NCBI GenBank assembly: GCA_951406725.2
Contig: OX597824.1
Location: 48,236,001 to 48,300,000, forward strand
Length of the DNA stretch: 64,000 nucleotides
Source: Octopus vulgaris
Lineage: Eukaryota
Reading direction: 5' to 3'
Shown one piece after another: positions 14,560-28,896 of the stretch; positions within the stretch are counted from its first letter, which is position 1, and every line of letters begins with the position of its first letter. Position numbers and translations under genes: made by a program. Below the pieces are notes generated by a model. It was not told the origin of the DNA. It made no database searches and was given only the letters and a program-made list of their open reading frames with translations.

Positions 14560-14564
<5 letters not shown>
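13492..14564 (-). mobile_element. Mariner element (Mos1-like), disrupted, 3' end lost
   Basis: Minus strand reads MEVSKEHLRHIMLYEY, VPHKLSE, RLVTGDEKWIFY, KVLLSIWWNCKG and PPYSPALVPSDYHLFRSLQNHL. The 5' terminus taaggtcatcccataagttctgtccc abuts (TA)n. Confidence 0.9.
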
Positions 14565-14624
<60 letters not shown>

Positions 14625-15367
14625 AGAAAAAGGAGGCAGTCAGTATTCTGCATAATCCTTTTTAGCGCTTTCGTTCGTTTTTCGAACTCGTCAACACAAA
14701 ATCAAAATGGTAAAAACAGAACCTTTCGTTATTCATTTCTATGAATCGGATACCTTTTTTTTTTGCTTTGTTTTGAAGGGGAGAACATTGGTTAGGCTTA
14801 GGGGGGGAGGGCAAGTGGGGAGAGTGAGAAAGAAAAGCATAGAGTGAGGGAAATAGATAGATAGAAAGAGGTTTCAGGACAATCAAGAAAGAGGAGAAAA
14901 AATGATAATAAAGGATGGGAAAAGGATAGACAGATAGATAGGAAGAGAGAGAGAAAGAGAGAGAGTGAGAAGTTTCTTTTCAATTTGATATGGTCAATTT
15001 ATTGAAATTTCATTACAAAGCATTTTTCTTTTTCGTTCTTTTTACTTTCCATTGTATACCTATCAACATATTTGAAAATAAACATGTTTTCTCACAAGGG
15101 CTAGTGACCTTTCAAAGATGTCAATTTTAGGAAGTAGGATAGAAGAAATAAGAAAAATCTTTCCCTTTTACAAATGTTCTATAGATGACCCGAAATTCCG
15201 AAGGCAATGGCGCTACACTTCATCAAAAACTTCGCTCCAAAAATTAAAGAGAAGCAGAACTATATTTTTATTATTATTTTTTTAATAGTAATGATGATGG
15301 ATGAAGAGAAAACATTTATTGATTGAATTAAAAACGAATGAAAACGCTAATAAAGGATTATTTTTCT

Positions 15368-15417
<50 letters not shown>

Positions 15418-15894
15418 GTTTATTTATCTATTTATTCATTTATAGGGGAAACGAAAGTAAGAGGTACTCAACACATTTTTAAGGAGTGACATATATTTTT
15501 CATGACAGTTTGACAGCTTCATATAACCTAATAGTTTGTGAGTGCGTAGATAGTAGGAGACATTGACCTGTCCACAAAACTTTAAATCACATGGAGTTGA
15601 GTGAAATTGTTAATGATGTTTTATGCGTACATACATAGATACACACACACACACACACACACACACATACGCGCGCGCACTCACACAACCACACACATAC
15701 ACACACACACACATATACCTACTGTTACACTTGGGGATGGTTATATTTTGCCACTTATTTCATTTGGAATAAGCAGAACAAGAGGAGACACGTAGGATAG
15801 AGAATCGTTGAAGAGATCACATGATGTATAACGAAAGAACTTTGACAAAGAAGCTAGAAACGACCCAAGGCTTAGTTTATATATATATATATTA

Positions 15895-16023
15895 AGCTTA
15901 GTATTTATCGTATTCGCTATTTTTGCCGAACCGCTAAGTTACGGGGATGTAAGCACACCAACAGCGGTTGTCATGCGGTGATGGTAGGGGGACAAACACA
16001 GACACATCAACACATACAGATAT

Positions 16024-16092
<69 letters not shown>

Positions 16093-16291
16093 TATACACG
16101 CACACACATACATACAAATATATACATGCACACACATGTGTATACATACGACGGGCTTCTTTCAGTTTCAGTCAACCAAATTCACCGTGGGCATAGTAGA
16201 GGACACTTGCCCACGATGTCACGCAGTGGGACTGAAACCGGAACAATGTGGCTGCGAAGCAAGCTTCTTACCACATAGCTACGCCTGCGCC
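15895..16291 (-). mobile_element. Octopus-type SINE with expanded internal (CA)n
   Basis: Same SINE body and head on the minus strand. Confidence 0.85.
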
Positions 16292-16299
16292 TATATATA

Positions 16300-16479
16300 C
16301 AGTAATCCCTCGTCTTTCGCGGGTGTTACGTTCTAAAAGCTTTCACAGAAAATATTAAAATCTAAATATAAATACTTATCGGCTGCAGAAACCCGCGATA
16401 TAAATTTACATATTTTAACCAGAAAAATCCGCGATGTACTGTGTGCGTGATAGGTGAACCGCGATGTGGTGAGTGATTA

Positions 16480-16482
<3 letters not shown>
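16300..16482. mobile_element. Tigger-like MITE
   Basis: Termini cagtaatccctc...gagtgattactg form an imperfect inverted repeat, flanked by TA on both sides. Confidence 0.7.
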
Positions 16483-17925
<1,443 letters not shown>

Positions 17926-17979
17926 TCAGGATTAAATAAAAAGACATCAAACGGAAAATATGACATACTTGTATATATA

Positions 17980-18427
17980 CAGGGGTTGGACAAAATAATG
18001 GAAACACCAAGCATCATAGCATCATAATTTCGAAATATTTATAAAACCGTCAAAAGCTTGTTTATTCTTATGTTTTTGGATTTATTATTAGTGTTGCTTA
18101 ATATGCTTTGCTAAAATTGCTGTTTCTTTTCAGATATCATCAGAAAAAGGTAATTAAAATTCATTAAAATGACAGATCTGTCGGACTTTCAAAGAAGTCA
18201 AATTGTTGGTGCTCGTATAACAAAAACAGCCGAAATGTTTGGTGTATGAAGAAGTTCTGTCTCGAAAGTAATGACAGCTCTTGAGAAAGAGGGAAAAACC
18301 TCCTCGTCGAACCAAAACTCCAGAAGAAAAACAAAACTTTCAGATAGGGACTATCAGACACACGAATTGTTAGAAAGGATCACAAAAGTACAGCTCCCAA
18401 AATTACTGTAGAGCTTAATGATCACCA
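17980..18427 (+). mobile_element. Tc1-like element, 5' fragment
   Basis: TA-caggggttggacaaaataatggaaacacc terminus; translation MTDLSDFQRSQIVGAR...TKTAEMFGV*RSSVSKVM...KLSDRD resembles the Tc1 paired-like N-terminus. Confidence 0.8.
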
Positions 18428-18894
18428 TATATATCGTATGTTTTTTTTTTTCCCTTCTATCTATCTTATTCAGCTTATGGTTGTATCATGCGCGGGGACT
18501 TAGAAATAATAGGACTGAATACCCGATCGCGCGGTTAAACCATTGGGAGCCTTTGTAAGGGCATCCTTTTAGGAGAAGGCAACTCAGGTAACTGGGATAA
18601 CTCCGACATAAAACCTACGGCTCAGTGGTTACCGATGATGTTGACTTGTTCTTCTTTTCGGATTATGGCTGCTGTTGCTTAGTGAGTGGGATTGACTCAG
18701 TGTACAGCCTTTCCTAACTTTAAAAAAATCTTGCACAGGCATTGGACGATAACAACATTAATTGATTAAATTGATTAACTAATTTATGATTGTTGATAGT
18801 GCTATGAGTCTCGACTGAATGGCTGGCTGTAGCCTTAAAAAGCAAATAATCAATGATGTACCAAAACAGTATAAAAATAAATGGCAGTAAGGAC

Positions 18895-21790
18895 TCTGGA
18901 ACTACATCAGATGAAAGAGTCTGGCCCGGCAGGGGCTCCAGAGCATAACAGTCTGAACCCGGCCGTCATCATGCTACTGTGATAGAACCAAATAAAATAT
19001 TGAATATTGGCTGTTGGAATGTACGGACGCTGCTTGGCCGCGAGTCCTCTGAATGTCATGAACGAAGGACTGCGCTGGTTGCGAAGGAGCTTCGACACTA
19101 TGATCTTGACATCGTTGCTTTATCTGAGACGAGATTAGCTGGAGATGGTCATCTTACAGAATCTTGTGAAAAATATACATTCTTTTGGAAAGGGAAGAAT
19201 GAAGAGTTTAGAGGAGAGGCTGGAGTGGCATTTACTGTCAAGACTACTCTTATGGACAAGCTGGAATAATTCCCAGTTGGGATTAACGAGCGTCTTATGT
19301 CCATGAGAATTCCATTGGCTAAAGGAAATTATGTGACCTTGGTGAGCGTGTTTGCTCCAACTATGTGCTATACTGATGACGAAAAAGTTTCTTTCTATCA
19401 TGCTTTGAAGGGCATTATAAGAAATATTCCTCGGACAGACAAAGTCATCGTACTGAGTGACTTTAATGCTAGAGTGGGTAGAGATTTCAACACATGGACT
19501 GTAATTGGAAAGTGTAATAGTAATGGCATGCTTCTGCTGTAGATGTGTGAGGAGCTGCGTCTGTGTGTTACCAATACCATGTTTCAACAAAAGAATAAGT
19601 TTAAGACCACATGGACACACCCTGCATATAAAGAATGGCATATTCTGAATTACATCCTTGTTAGGGTGCGTGACAGATGAGATGTGCAGTGTGTTCGTGT
19701 TCTTTGTGGGGCTGAGTGTTGGGCTGACCACCGCCTAGTACGTGCAAAAGTGAAATTAGTCACAAAACATAAAATCCGAGCTGCAGGGATTACTCTGCCT
19801 AAAAGACTGAATGTTGATCGTCTTTGGTGTGAAGAAAACTTTACGAGAGGAAATGAATGTTGCAGATATTGGGGAGGATTGGCCGACCCTTAAAAAGTCA
19901 GTTTATGATATAGGCAAGAAAGTTATGGGACTGATACAAAGAAAACATAGATATTGGTTTAAAGAAAATGATGAACTTATAGATGATTTATTGGTTGATA
20001 AAAGACGTACTTTGTCACGCTATTTGTCTCAAAGCCACAGGAGAGGGAACTCAAGGATGTAAAATCACGTGTGAGGCGGAGGCTCTATGAAATACAAGCG
20101 GCGTCGGATTCCAATAACACAAAGCTGTTGTATGGTCTCTTGCGAGAAGTTTACGGATCGACTTCTCTGATGATTCCCTTCGAAGCAGGGATGGTAAAGA
20201 ACTTCTTCGTGATTCACAGAGAATTCTGCAAAGGTGGCGAGAACACTTTGATGGACTTTTGAATCAGCAGGCTGTAGTTAGTGAGGATGTTCTCAATCTC
20301 ATCCCTGGATTACCTGTGAAGGCGGCTCTCGTGGAACCACCAAAGTTGGAAGAAGTTGCAGAGGCTGTCTCAAGGATGAATAATGGGAAGTCACCGGTTA
20401 TGGATGTCATGCATGCGGAGTTGTTACAGCATGGGGGTGAGAAACTTCTGAAGTAACTTCACTCTTTGTTTGGTAGGATATGGGCTAGTGTATCTGTACC
20501 TGAGGACTGGAGAGATACCGTAATGGGGGTCTTATATAAGGGAAAGGGCAACAGAAATGATTGCGGTAACTATAGGGGAGTATCATTGCTTTCTGTCGTT
20601 GGAAAGGCTTTATGCAGGGTACTTCTGGATCGTTTGCTGAAACACGTTGCATATTGTGTTCTTCCAGAAAGTCAATCTGGCTTTCATGTGGGACGCAGCA
20701 TTGCTGATGTGATCTTCTTTGCTAGACAGCTTCAGAAGAAGTGTGTGGAACAGAGTCTGGATTTATATCAGGTTTTCGTCGCTCTGACAAAAGCCTTTGA
20801 TACCGTTAATAGAAATGCACTGTAGAAAGTCCTCCAGAAACTTGGGTGTCCTAAAAAGTTCCTTGCTGTGGTTAGGTCTTTTCATGAAGACATAAAAGGT
20901 AGGGTTAATGTTAGAAGGAAAATGTTGGAGCCTATCTCAATGCAAAATGGAGTGAAAAGGGGGAATATTCTGGCACCGACCCTATTTGCCATATATTTTG
21001 CGATGGTTTTCTGTATTGCATTCAGAAACTGCAGATATGGTGTTTACATCCATTATCAAACCTCTGGCAGCATATTTAATATCAGGCGCTTTGCTGCAAA
21101 AACAAAGGTATTTGCCTCTATCATAAGAAATCTTTTGTATGCAGATGATTGTGATCTAGTAGCGCACACAGAGATTGATATGCAACACATTTTGAATGCA
21201 TTCTCTGATGCTTGCACTGCCTTAGGATTGACAGTCAGTCTCAAGAAAACTGTTGTCATGTACCAACCTGCCCTTGGTAAGCAGTGTAGTGAACCAAATA
21301 TCTATGTGTATGGTAAACGACTTGTAGTTGATCAGTTTGTCTACTTGGGAAGCACTATTAATAGTTATAGCAATTAGGATAATGAAATTCCATACAGAAT
21401 TAGGGAAGCAAGTGATACTTTGGGAAGGCTAGAAAGGTGACATATGCAGGAAAACAAAGATAAAGGTATACAAGGCATATGTGCTCTCTTATCTTCTTTA
21501 TGCCTGCGAGACGTGGGTCACATATCGATACCACCTTAAACAACTGGAACGTTTCCATCAGATGTGTCTCAGACGGACCTATGGCATTAAGTGGAAGGAC
21601 CGCATCAGTGATCTTGAAATACTCGAAGGCTCTCGGTATGAAAGTATAGAAGCTCTTGTGTTAAAGCAAAGGCTCAGATGGAGTGTTCATCTGGTTAGGA
21701 TGAAGGATTCAAGGATGCCAAAACAACTCTTTTATGGAGAGTTAGCTAAAGGTGAACGACCTCCACAGAACCAAAAAAGAGGTATAGGGA
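18895..21790 (+). mobile_element. RTE (BovB-like) LINE, near full length, pseudogenised APE endonuclease plus RT
   Basis: APE motifs NIGCWNVRTL, DIVALSETR, VFAPT, LSDFNARVG, DHRLV; RT motifs NYRGVSLLS, PESQSGF, KAFDTV, GNILAPTLF, LLYADD, FVYLGS; C-terminal LLYACETW and RMPKQLFYGEL. Many stops and frameshifts. Confidence 0.95.
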
Positions 21791-22003
21791 CTTGTCTATG
21801 TATTATGAGCGCAAGCGTTAACTATTCAATCACACATCAATTACAGTTAAGAAGCAACAAAAACACACTAACGGACAATACAACCAAGTAAATGCAATCC
21901 ACAACCAACGAAATTCATTTCATCTCAAACACATGCCAATCGAAACCAGTTCCTGTCCAAGAGGGTCCCTCGTCACCACAACATACAACAATAAGATAGG
22001 TGG

Positions 22004-22062
<59 letters not shown>

Positions 22063-22066
<4 letters not shown>

Positions 22067-22279
22067 GGAATAAATCCAAATTTACAGGGAAAATCAGATT
22101 TAGGATTGAATCCAATTTTATAGTAAAATATTATATTATATTAAATTAGAGACAAAACCACTATTATGCAAATCAAACAAAGAAAGACTTAAGCCAATAC
22201 ATAAATTTATATAAATTAATTTATGTATTGGCTTAAGTCTTTCTTTGTTTGATTTGCATAATAGTGGTTTTGTCTCTAA

Positions 22280-22288
<9 letters not shown>
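22063..22288. repeat. Fold-back with ~70-bp arms plus a one-sided extension, in (TA)n; probable PLE end
   Basis: 22137-22207 is the reverse complement of 22218-22288. Confidence 0.75.
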
Positions 22289-22338
<50 letters not shown>

Positions 22339-22650
22339 GTGTGTGTGTGTGTGTATAATTAAGTATCTAAGTCTTCCCCTGTTTAGAACTGCAACAAAAA
22401 TATATAAACAATTACAACTTCAATTCAACTCCTCTATTTATTTAAATTAATTGATATAAAAAATAATATTATTTAAATTAATTAATAATAATCTTCTACA
22501 TTTATTGTTTATCGGTGGGATAATTCCGTAATAGATATGAATAGACACCTAATAAAAATTTTCCTTGTTTGCTTAATTTATTATAGGGAGAATTCCGTAA
22601 TAAACATTAATGTAAACTTAAGACTGTAAATGCGATAACCAAAGTTTGTT

Positions 22651-22689
<39 letters not shown>

Positions 22690-22690
<1 letters not shown>

Positions 22691-23300
22691 AAGGAGGAGG
22701 TTGGGTGAATATAAGAAATTGATTGTTAAATAAAATAATTAAAAGGTGAGATGTATAGTGAAACTGTACACCGTTCCCGGTAAAAAGTGATAGTAGCCAG
22801 CCATTATAAATAGACCAGTAACGGGAAGGAATACGAAAATAAACAAAAGACGAAGGCAGGTGGAGTACAAACAAATAATGTATTAGTAAGGCGCTCAGGA
22901 ATAGAAATAAAACAAGTCTTTTACGTTTCGAGCCTACGCTCTTCGACCGAAAGATACACAGAAAAGAAACAAGGAGAGAAAAAAATTGTGTGTAGGGGCT
23001 AACGGTCCAACATGGCGTTCTGATTTCAGAAGTCAGAGATCGGAGGTCAAACGTTAGAGGTCAGACGTTAGACACTAGAGGGATAGTTGGGGAGATAACA
23101 GGGTCAAGCGACCTCGCTCCAACCTGAAGGTGCGTGTGTGCATAAGAGAGTATGTATGTGCATGTGGAAGAGGGCTGGTGGTTTGGACGTGTGTATGTAT
23201 GTATGATGTGATGTGTAATGTCGTATGGTGTAGTGTAGTGGGGTGTGGGGGAGAGTGAGAGGGGGAACCGATCGACAGAGAAGGTCAGAAAGTCAGAAAG
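22690..23300 (-). mobile_element. Penelope-like element 3' terminal fragment with decayed hammerhead motif
   Basis: Similar to 41500-41830, which is linked to a GIY-YIG ORF; HHR-like motif at 22917-22954. Confidence 0.7.
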
Positions 23301-24239
23301 TGATGGTAGTCGTGTCTGTGCTGATATCAGTAATTATACAGTGATACTGAGTGGACGTTATAACGATCCAGCCTTTCGAGGATAATAGCACTGTACGACC
23401 AGTCGTACAGTGTCAGATAGAAACTATCTATCGACGACTTTGTAATATAACAATGTCTGTCAGAGTGACAACTGTCGTCAAAAGACAGTTACAACTGTGG
23501 CAAAATACCGCTTTACAACAATATGTATGTATGTATGTATGTATTTATTTATTTAATTTTATTTTATCTAGTTTCAGCTCACGAGCTGTGGCCATGTATA
23601 TATATATATCTCGCTGTGTGTGTGTTTGTGTTTATAATATTACATTATATTATGACATATTTTCCGAAAATGACATAGAAAATGAATGCTCAACATTTAC
23701 CTCTTCTGCTAGTGTTTTAGTTATTGTCTAGGCCTCACTACTTTAGAAGAGAGCTATTTCCAGGTAGACTGGTCAGTATTTAGAACATAAAATGCAGTTT
23801 GAATAGAAATGTTTGTTTATTATCTCTGTTGCGAGATGACAATGTGTTTTGAACCATCGCATACCTATTTCCCAGCTCCAGATCGGAGCTACTGTAAAAG
23901 TCAACGATGTAGTGTATCAGCCAATCAGATCAATTGGTGAGCTCAAATCTTCCCACCAATGGTTTATAGAATATTCTGGGACATGTTGCCAACGGTATAT
24001 AAAATGGCGGGCAAAGCTAACTAAAAGGGGAGCTGTCAAATTCTTCAGAAAGTTATGCAGGTGTTCTCTAAGTGATAGCTTCTTAATTAGTCTATCTTTA
24101 AATACTAATAACGGCCAAAGACATGACACAGCGTTGTGTTAGTAAATCTCACAAAACGTCGTTCTTATTTCTTTTACTCAATCTGTCTTCACTAATTATG
24201 AAATATTAGAATGCTGCAGTGACCATATATATATATATA

Positions 24240-25530
24240 CGAGGGGCGTTCAATAAGTAATGCCCCTGACCCACTTGCCATTGTTTGATCTAGCTGAAAT
24301 TTTGCGTGTGCAGTTATTGATATCTCTATAGAGTAGGAGGAAAATTACAGCTCTGAACTAATTGGGGTTTCTGATTTACAGGTGTTTGAACTGAGTCAAG
24401 TGTGAAATGGAGCCTGTTGAGTGTCGAGCTGGGATCTGGTTTTTGTATTTGAAAGGACGCACACCACGGGAGACTTTTGATGAAATGAAAGTAACTTATG
24501 GTAATGATGCCCCATCATATGACCTTGTAAAACGCTGGCATCGTGAATTCAAACATGGTCGGAACTCGGTGGAAACAGCTCCCAGATCTGGTCGCCCCCT
24601 TCTGCAATTGATGAAGCATCTGTCCGTCAAGTTGAGGCTGCCATTTTGGAAGATCGACGCATAACTATTCGCCAAATAGCCCACGACGTCAAGATTAGTA
24701 CCGGGTCTGTGGAAACTATCATTCATGACCATTTGCATATGCAAAAGGTGCCTGCCAGATGGATTCCCAGGTTGCTCACACCTTTCCAGAAGCAAGAACG
24801 CGTCGAGTGCTCGAGGATAAATTTGGAGATGTACCAAGAAGATGAGTCGAAATTTTTCAAAAGACTGATTACACAGGATGAAACCTGGATCCATCATTAT
24901 GATCCATAGACCAAAGCCCAGTCAATGCAGTGGAAGCACCGTGACTCACCTCCTCCAAAGAAGGCAAGGGTGCAGCCCTCCGCTGGCAATGTCATGCTCA
25001 CAGTCTTCTGGGACCAGGACGGAGTAGTGATAACAGATTTCCTGGCAAAGGGTACCACAATTACAGGAGCCTATTATGCTTCACTTTTGAGGAAATTAAG
25101 AGAAACTATCAAAATCAAGAGGCGGGGAAAGATCAGCAAAGGCATCCTCCTCCTGCAGGACAACGCTCCGATCCACAACTCGCTTGTCGCCAGATCAGAA
25201 GCACAGGCGTGCGGCTATGAACTCCTCCCCCATCCCCCCTACTCTCCTGACCTTGCACCCTCTGATTTTCACCTCTTTCCAGCCATGAAGTTGTTTTTGA
25301 AAGGAAAGCGTTTCCCAGATGATGCAGCCTTGATTTCTGAAGTCACGTCGTGGTTGGAGGACCAAGCTGGGTCTTCTAAAAAAACGGTCTCCAGAGCTGT
25401 ATCAAACGATGGGAGAAATGCGTAACTCTGGGTAGTTCCTATGTAGAGAAAGACTAATAACTGTGCAAAGTTTCTTTGCTCTACTGCTATGGGAAGTGGG
25501 TCAGGGGCATTACTTATTGAACGCCCCTCG
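24240..25530 (+). mobile_element. Mariner transposon copy 2 (same family as 16519-17810), full length, inactive
   Basis: Perfect 37-bp TIR cgaggggcgttcaataagtaatgcccctgacccactt. Motifs WIPRLL, TQDETW, LQDNAP and YSPDLAPSDFHLF; frameshift ~24600, TAG at 24907-24909, frameshift ~25370. Confidence 0.97.
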
Positions 25531-25538
25531 TATATATA

Positions 25539-25587
<49 letters not shown>

Positions 25588-26226
25588 TTTTCGTTTATGC
25601 TCAACTGCTATAAACATGTATATGTAATGTTTCCGGTTAAATAGAATGAAAGACTATACTCAGTTTAGAGTGATTGTCTGAATTAAGCTCTCAGCAAACA
25701 ATGTTGTTTATTGTCGATTATGAATTAACTCCGTCACAACCAAACCAAACCACTTTAATAGAATCTGGAACAATCTTCCATCATCATTGTATGTATGAAT
25801 TCAACAGTCGAGTCCATTTATATATTGGTAAATTTTGAGCTTTAGAAAACTATAAAGTGACCAATTGGTTTTCTTTTCCAGAAAAAAATACGAGCATAAA
25901 TCAACTTAGAAAGTTTCGAGTTACGCTTTTTTCGCCTTTGCGTAGTTTTGTTTCTAAAGCAAATTAATGGAAAATAAACCTGAACTTCAGACGATTTATT
26001 TAACTTTAGGTTGGTCTTAGTGAACATATGTAAAAATTTTAAAATAAAAGAAAACGTTCACAAAAACTAATATCGAAATGGAAAAATCAAATAAAATACA
26101 TGTGAAAATATGCACAAACCATTTATTAAAACAATTATTGGCTAATGAAATTTTAAAAATGTTTTGTCGCGTTATGTCGTTTTCTGATGGAAAAATTTAG
26201 TGTGTCCACATACGGAAACTATAGAC

Positions 26227-26565
26227 CAGTTGTTTTCAATTGGGATCCATATGGTCCCTGGGGGTTCATATAATATTTTTGGGGGGTCCACAGAAGCACA
26301 GTAGTAAATTGGGCTCACGGTATTATTTTAAGAGTCAATGAAAAATATTTTGGAGTAGATATATTTATTGTAAGAAACTGCTAGGTTTCTTTCTGTAACA
26401 TTTTATATAGTTCAACAATCACAAGTGAATGTGTGATGAACAAAATAATAATTTTGAAAGAAGTCTCAATAAAATTAGTTTCTAATCATCGAATGGCTAT
26501 GGAGGTCCATCATAATAAAATAGTAATCAAAGGGATCCATATATAAAATTGGTTGAGAACCATTG
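26227..26565. mobile_element. hAT/Charlie-like MITE
   Basis: Termini cagttgttttcaa...ttgagaaccattg; 8-bp flanks ctatagac/ctctaaac resemble the Charlie target NTCTAGAN. Confidence 0.65.
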
Positions 26566-26919
26566 CTCTAAACTCTCTATATATATTGCATACTCAAAGT
26601 AAACTTAGAAAGATACACTTACATTTGTGTACATACTGAATATGCGTGCGTGCGTGTTTAAAATGACTGTCTACATAAATTTATTCGATATACTTTATTG
26701 CATGCAGCATTAAACCACTAGCAGTGCAAATAGTATATTTATAGTTTATCTAGAATTGTACTATTCCAAACTCTCTTAATTATAGATATTGATTCCGAAT
26801 ATTGCAAGACTAACCAAATTCATTACCACTTCGAGACTTTCGGCGTTTCTTTTCTCAAGATACCAGAGTCGATTACTGGAACTTTCTCTTCTCATCGCTC
26901 GTATGTGAATATGTATGTC

Positions 26920-27575
26920 TGTCATTATTCAATTTATTTCAAGATTTCATGCCAATAAAGAGCCGGTTTTTAACCTAGATCCAAAGCTCCTTCATTGAAA
27001 TTTCAGCAGCAACAACAGGGTACTTATGCATATTGTTGCATATCTAGACATACTCATATATATTTAAATGATAAACTTCTGAAAAGTTTTACAGGTTTTT
27101 ACAGTTCCACTGATGGATTGGATTTGTAGTCTTCAAAGTAGCTTTCTTCTTTCTGGTTTTGAGAAGCCTAATTTCTCAAGATTGGTATTTAGGCAGTGTG
27201 TTACATATCCTAGGGAACCAATAATTACAGGTATAAACCTGAACTTGCAAACTGGATCGAGTAACTGCAAATTTCTCAATAGTTCAGTATGGTTGTTCTC
27301 TTTTTCACTGATCTTCAGCATTAGCTTAACATCCGCTGGGCAGCTAATTTCCACAACTGCGCTCAGTTTCTCTTCTCTATCCCAAATCATTATATCAGGT
27401 CTGTTGTGCTTACATTTTATTGAGGTTTTCACTGGTACATTCAACCAATATTTCTTTTTATTATGAGTGGCTATGGCTTCTGCCATATTGTGGGTTCTTA
27501 TTTCTTTGTGCTCGAAATTGTCCTTCCGACGGATTTCATTATAGAGTGTCCCAGCTACAACATCGTGTCTTATCG
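26920..27575 (-). mobile_element. R4/Dong-like non-LTR retrotransposon 3' fragment (restriction-like endonuclease)
   Basis: RHDVVA followed by KHNRPDIMIWDREEK..VVEISCP...EKENN...FIPVIIGSLG, a typical RLE domain; 5'-truncated at a (CA)n tract. Confidence 0.8.
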
Positions 27576-27592
27576 GTTATTTATGTATGTAT

Positions 27593-27664
<72 letters not shown>

Positions 27665-27871
27665 TCAAGAAGAAACATAGAGGGTGAAAGGAAGCGAAGT
27701 AGTCATACATGTTTATATATATATACATTATATATACACACACACATACACACACATACATACGCACTCACATATATATCTGACAACTTAGCTTCCTCGC
27801 ACCCTCTGTGTTTCATCTCTCTTAAACGTTAAGACATTCTCTTTTTCCAAAAGTTAATATTTTATTTGTTA

Positions 27872-28092
27872 TAAGGCAGCGAGCTGGCAGAAACGTTAGC
27901 ATGCCGGGCGAAATGCGTAGCGGTATCTGTCTGTCTTTATGTTCTGAGTTCAAATTCTGCCGAGGTCGACTTTGCCTTTCATCCTTTCGAGGTCGATAAA
28001 TTAAGTACTAGTTGTGTGCTGGGGTCGATCTAATCGACTAACCCCTTCCCACAAAATTTCAGGCCTTGTGCCTAGAGTAGAAAAGAATATTA
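27872..28092 (+). mobile_element. Second SINE family (aaggcggcgagctggcagaa... head)
   Basis: Same body recurs at ~50390, 59050-59260, 61100-62380 and 34197-35360 (gagttcaaattccgccgaggtcgactttgcctttcatcctttcggggtcgataaa). Confidence 0.85.
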
Positions 28093-28511
28093 TATTTGTT
28101 ATATCTATCGACCTTTGTTCCCTCTGTGTTGTGTTTTTTAATTGTTCGTTGCACACACGCACATACGCACGCACAACATGCACATACATACGCACATAAG
28201 CATATACAGACATGCAAGCATGCATGGATATGCACTTATACCTAACAGTCTGCCTGTCTGTCTGTCTGACCGTCTAGCTGTCTGCTTGGTTGTCTGCCTG
28301 CCTATCTATTTAGCCGTTTGCCTGCCTGTCTGTCTATCTGTCTATCAGTCTGTCTGTCTTTCTGCCAGGCTGTTGAGAATGTGTTGTATGGCAGTACCAT
28401 ACAAGAAAGCATCCGTCAACTAATCCTGAAATCTACGATATCATAAGAATCATACTAATCTTAGAAATATTATTATATAAAGGAAACTACGGCAGCGGTA
28501 CTGGATATTAA

Positions 28512-28896
28512 TAGTTATCGCTAAGCTAATATGGCAGTCCATAAATATAGGACGAAAGCTGCCGTTGATTAGCTCTAAGAGGCCATCGCTTCTAGCTAGC
28601 TATATGACACACGAACCTGTGTCCATTATAACCTTCGAACAGGGGAGGTCAGCTGCTTCCCCTTGCGACACATGTTGGGTTCGGCTACTCTGCATTGATA
28701 AAGGGCAAATAACCTGAACCATGTCTGTAGATGCCTAACCAGCAAGTGGAAGCGGCTGACCTCCCCTGTTCAAAGGTTATAATGAACTCGGATTCGTGTG
28801 TCATATAGCTAGCTAGAGGCGATGACCTCTTGGAGCTAATCAACGGTAGCTTTTGTCCTATATTTATGGACTGCCATATTAGCTTGGCGATAACTA
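28512..28896. mobile_element. Fold-back MITE with ~155-bp TIRs (TAG...CTA ends, TTAA on both flanks)
   Basis: 28512-28666 is an imperfect reverse complement of 28742-28896. Confidence 0.85.

Noticed and set aside
19135-19731. 198-aa minus-strand ORF
   Set aside because: Antisense shadow of the RTE endonuclease region.
21930-21985. Minus-strand gTGACGA...GGAA-ctggt-ttcg-attgg resembling a hammerhead
   Set aside because: Both boxes deviate, there is no UH triplet and stem I is absent.
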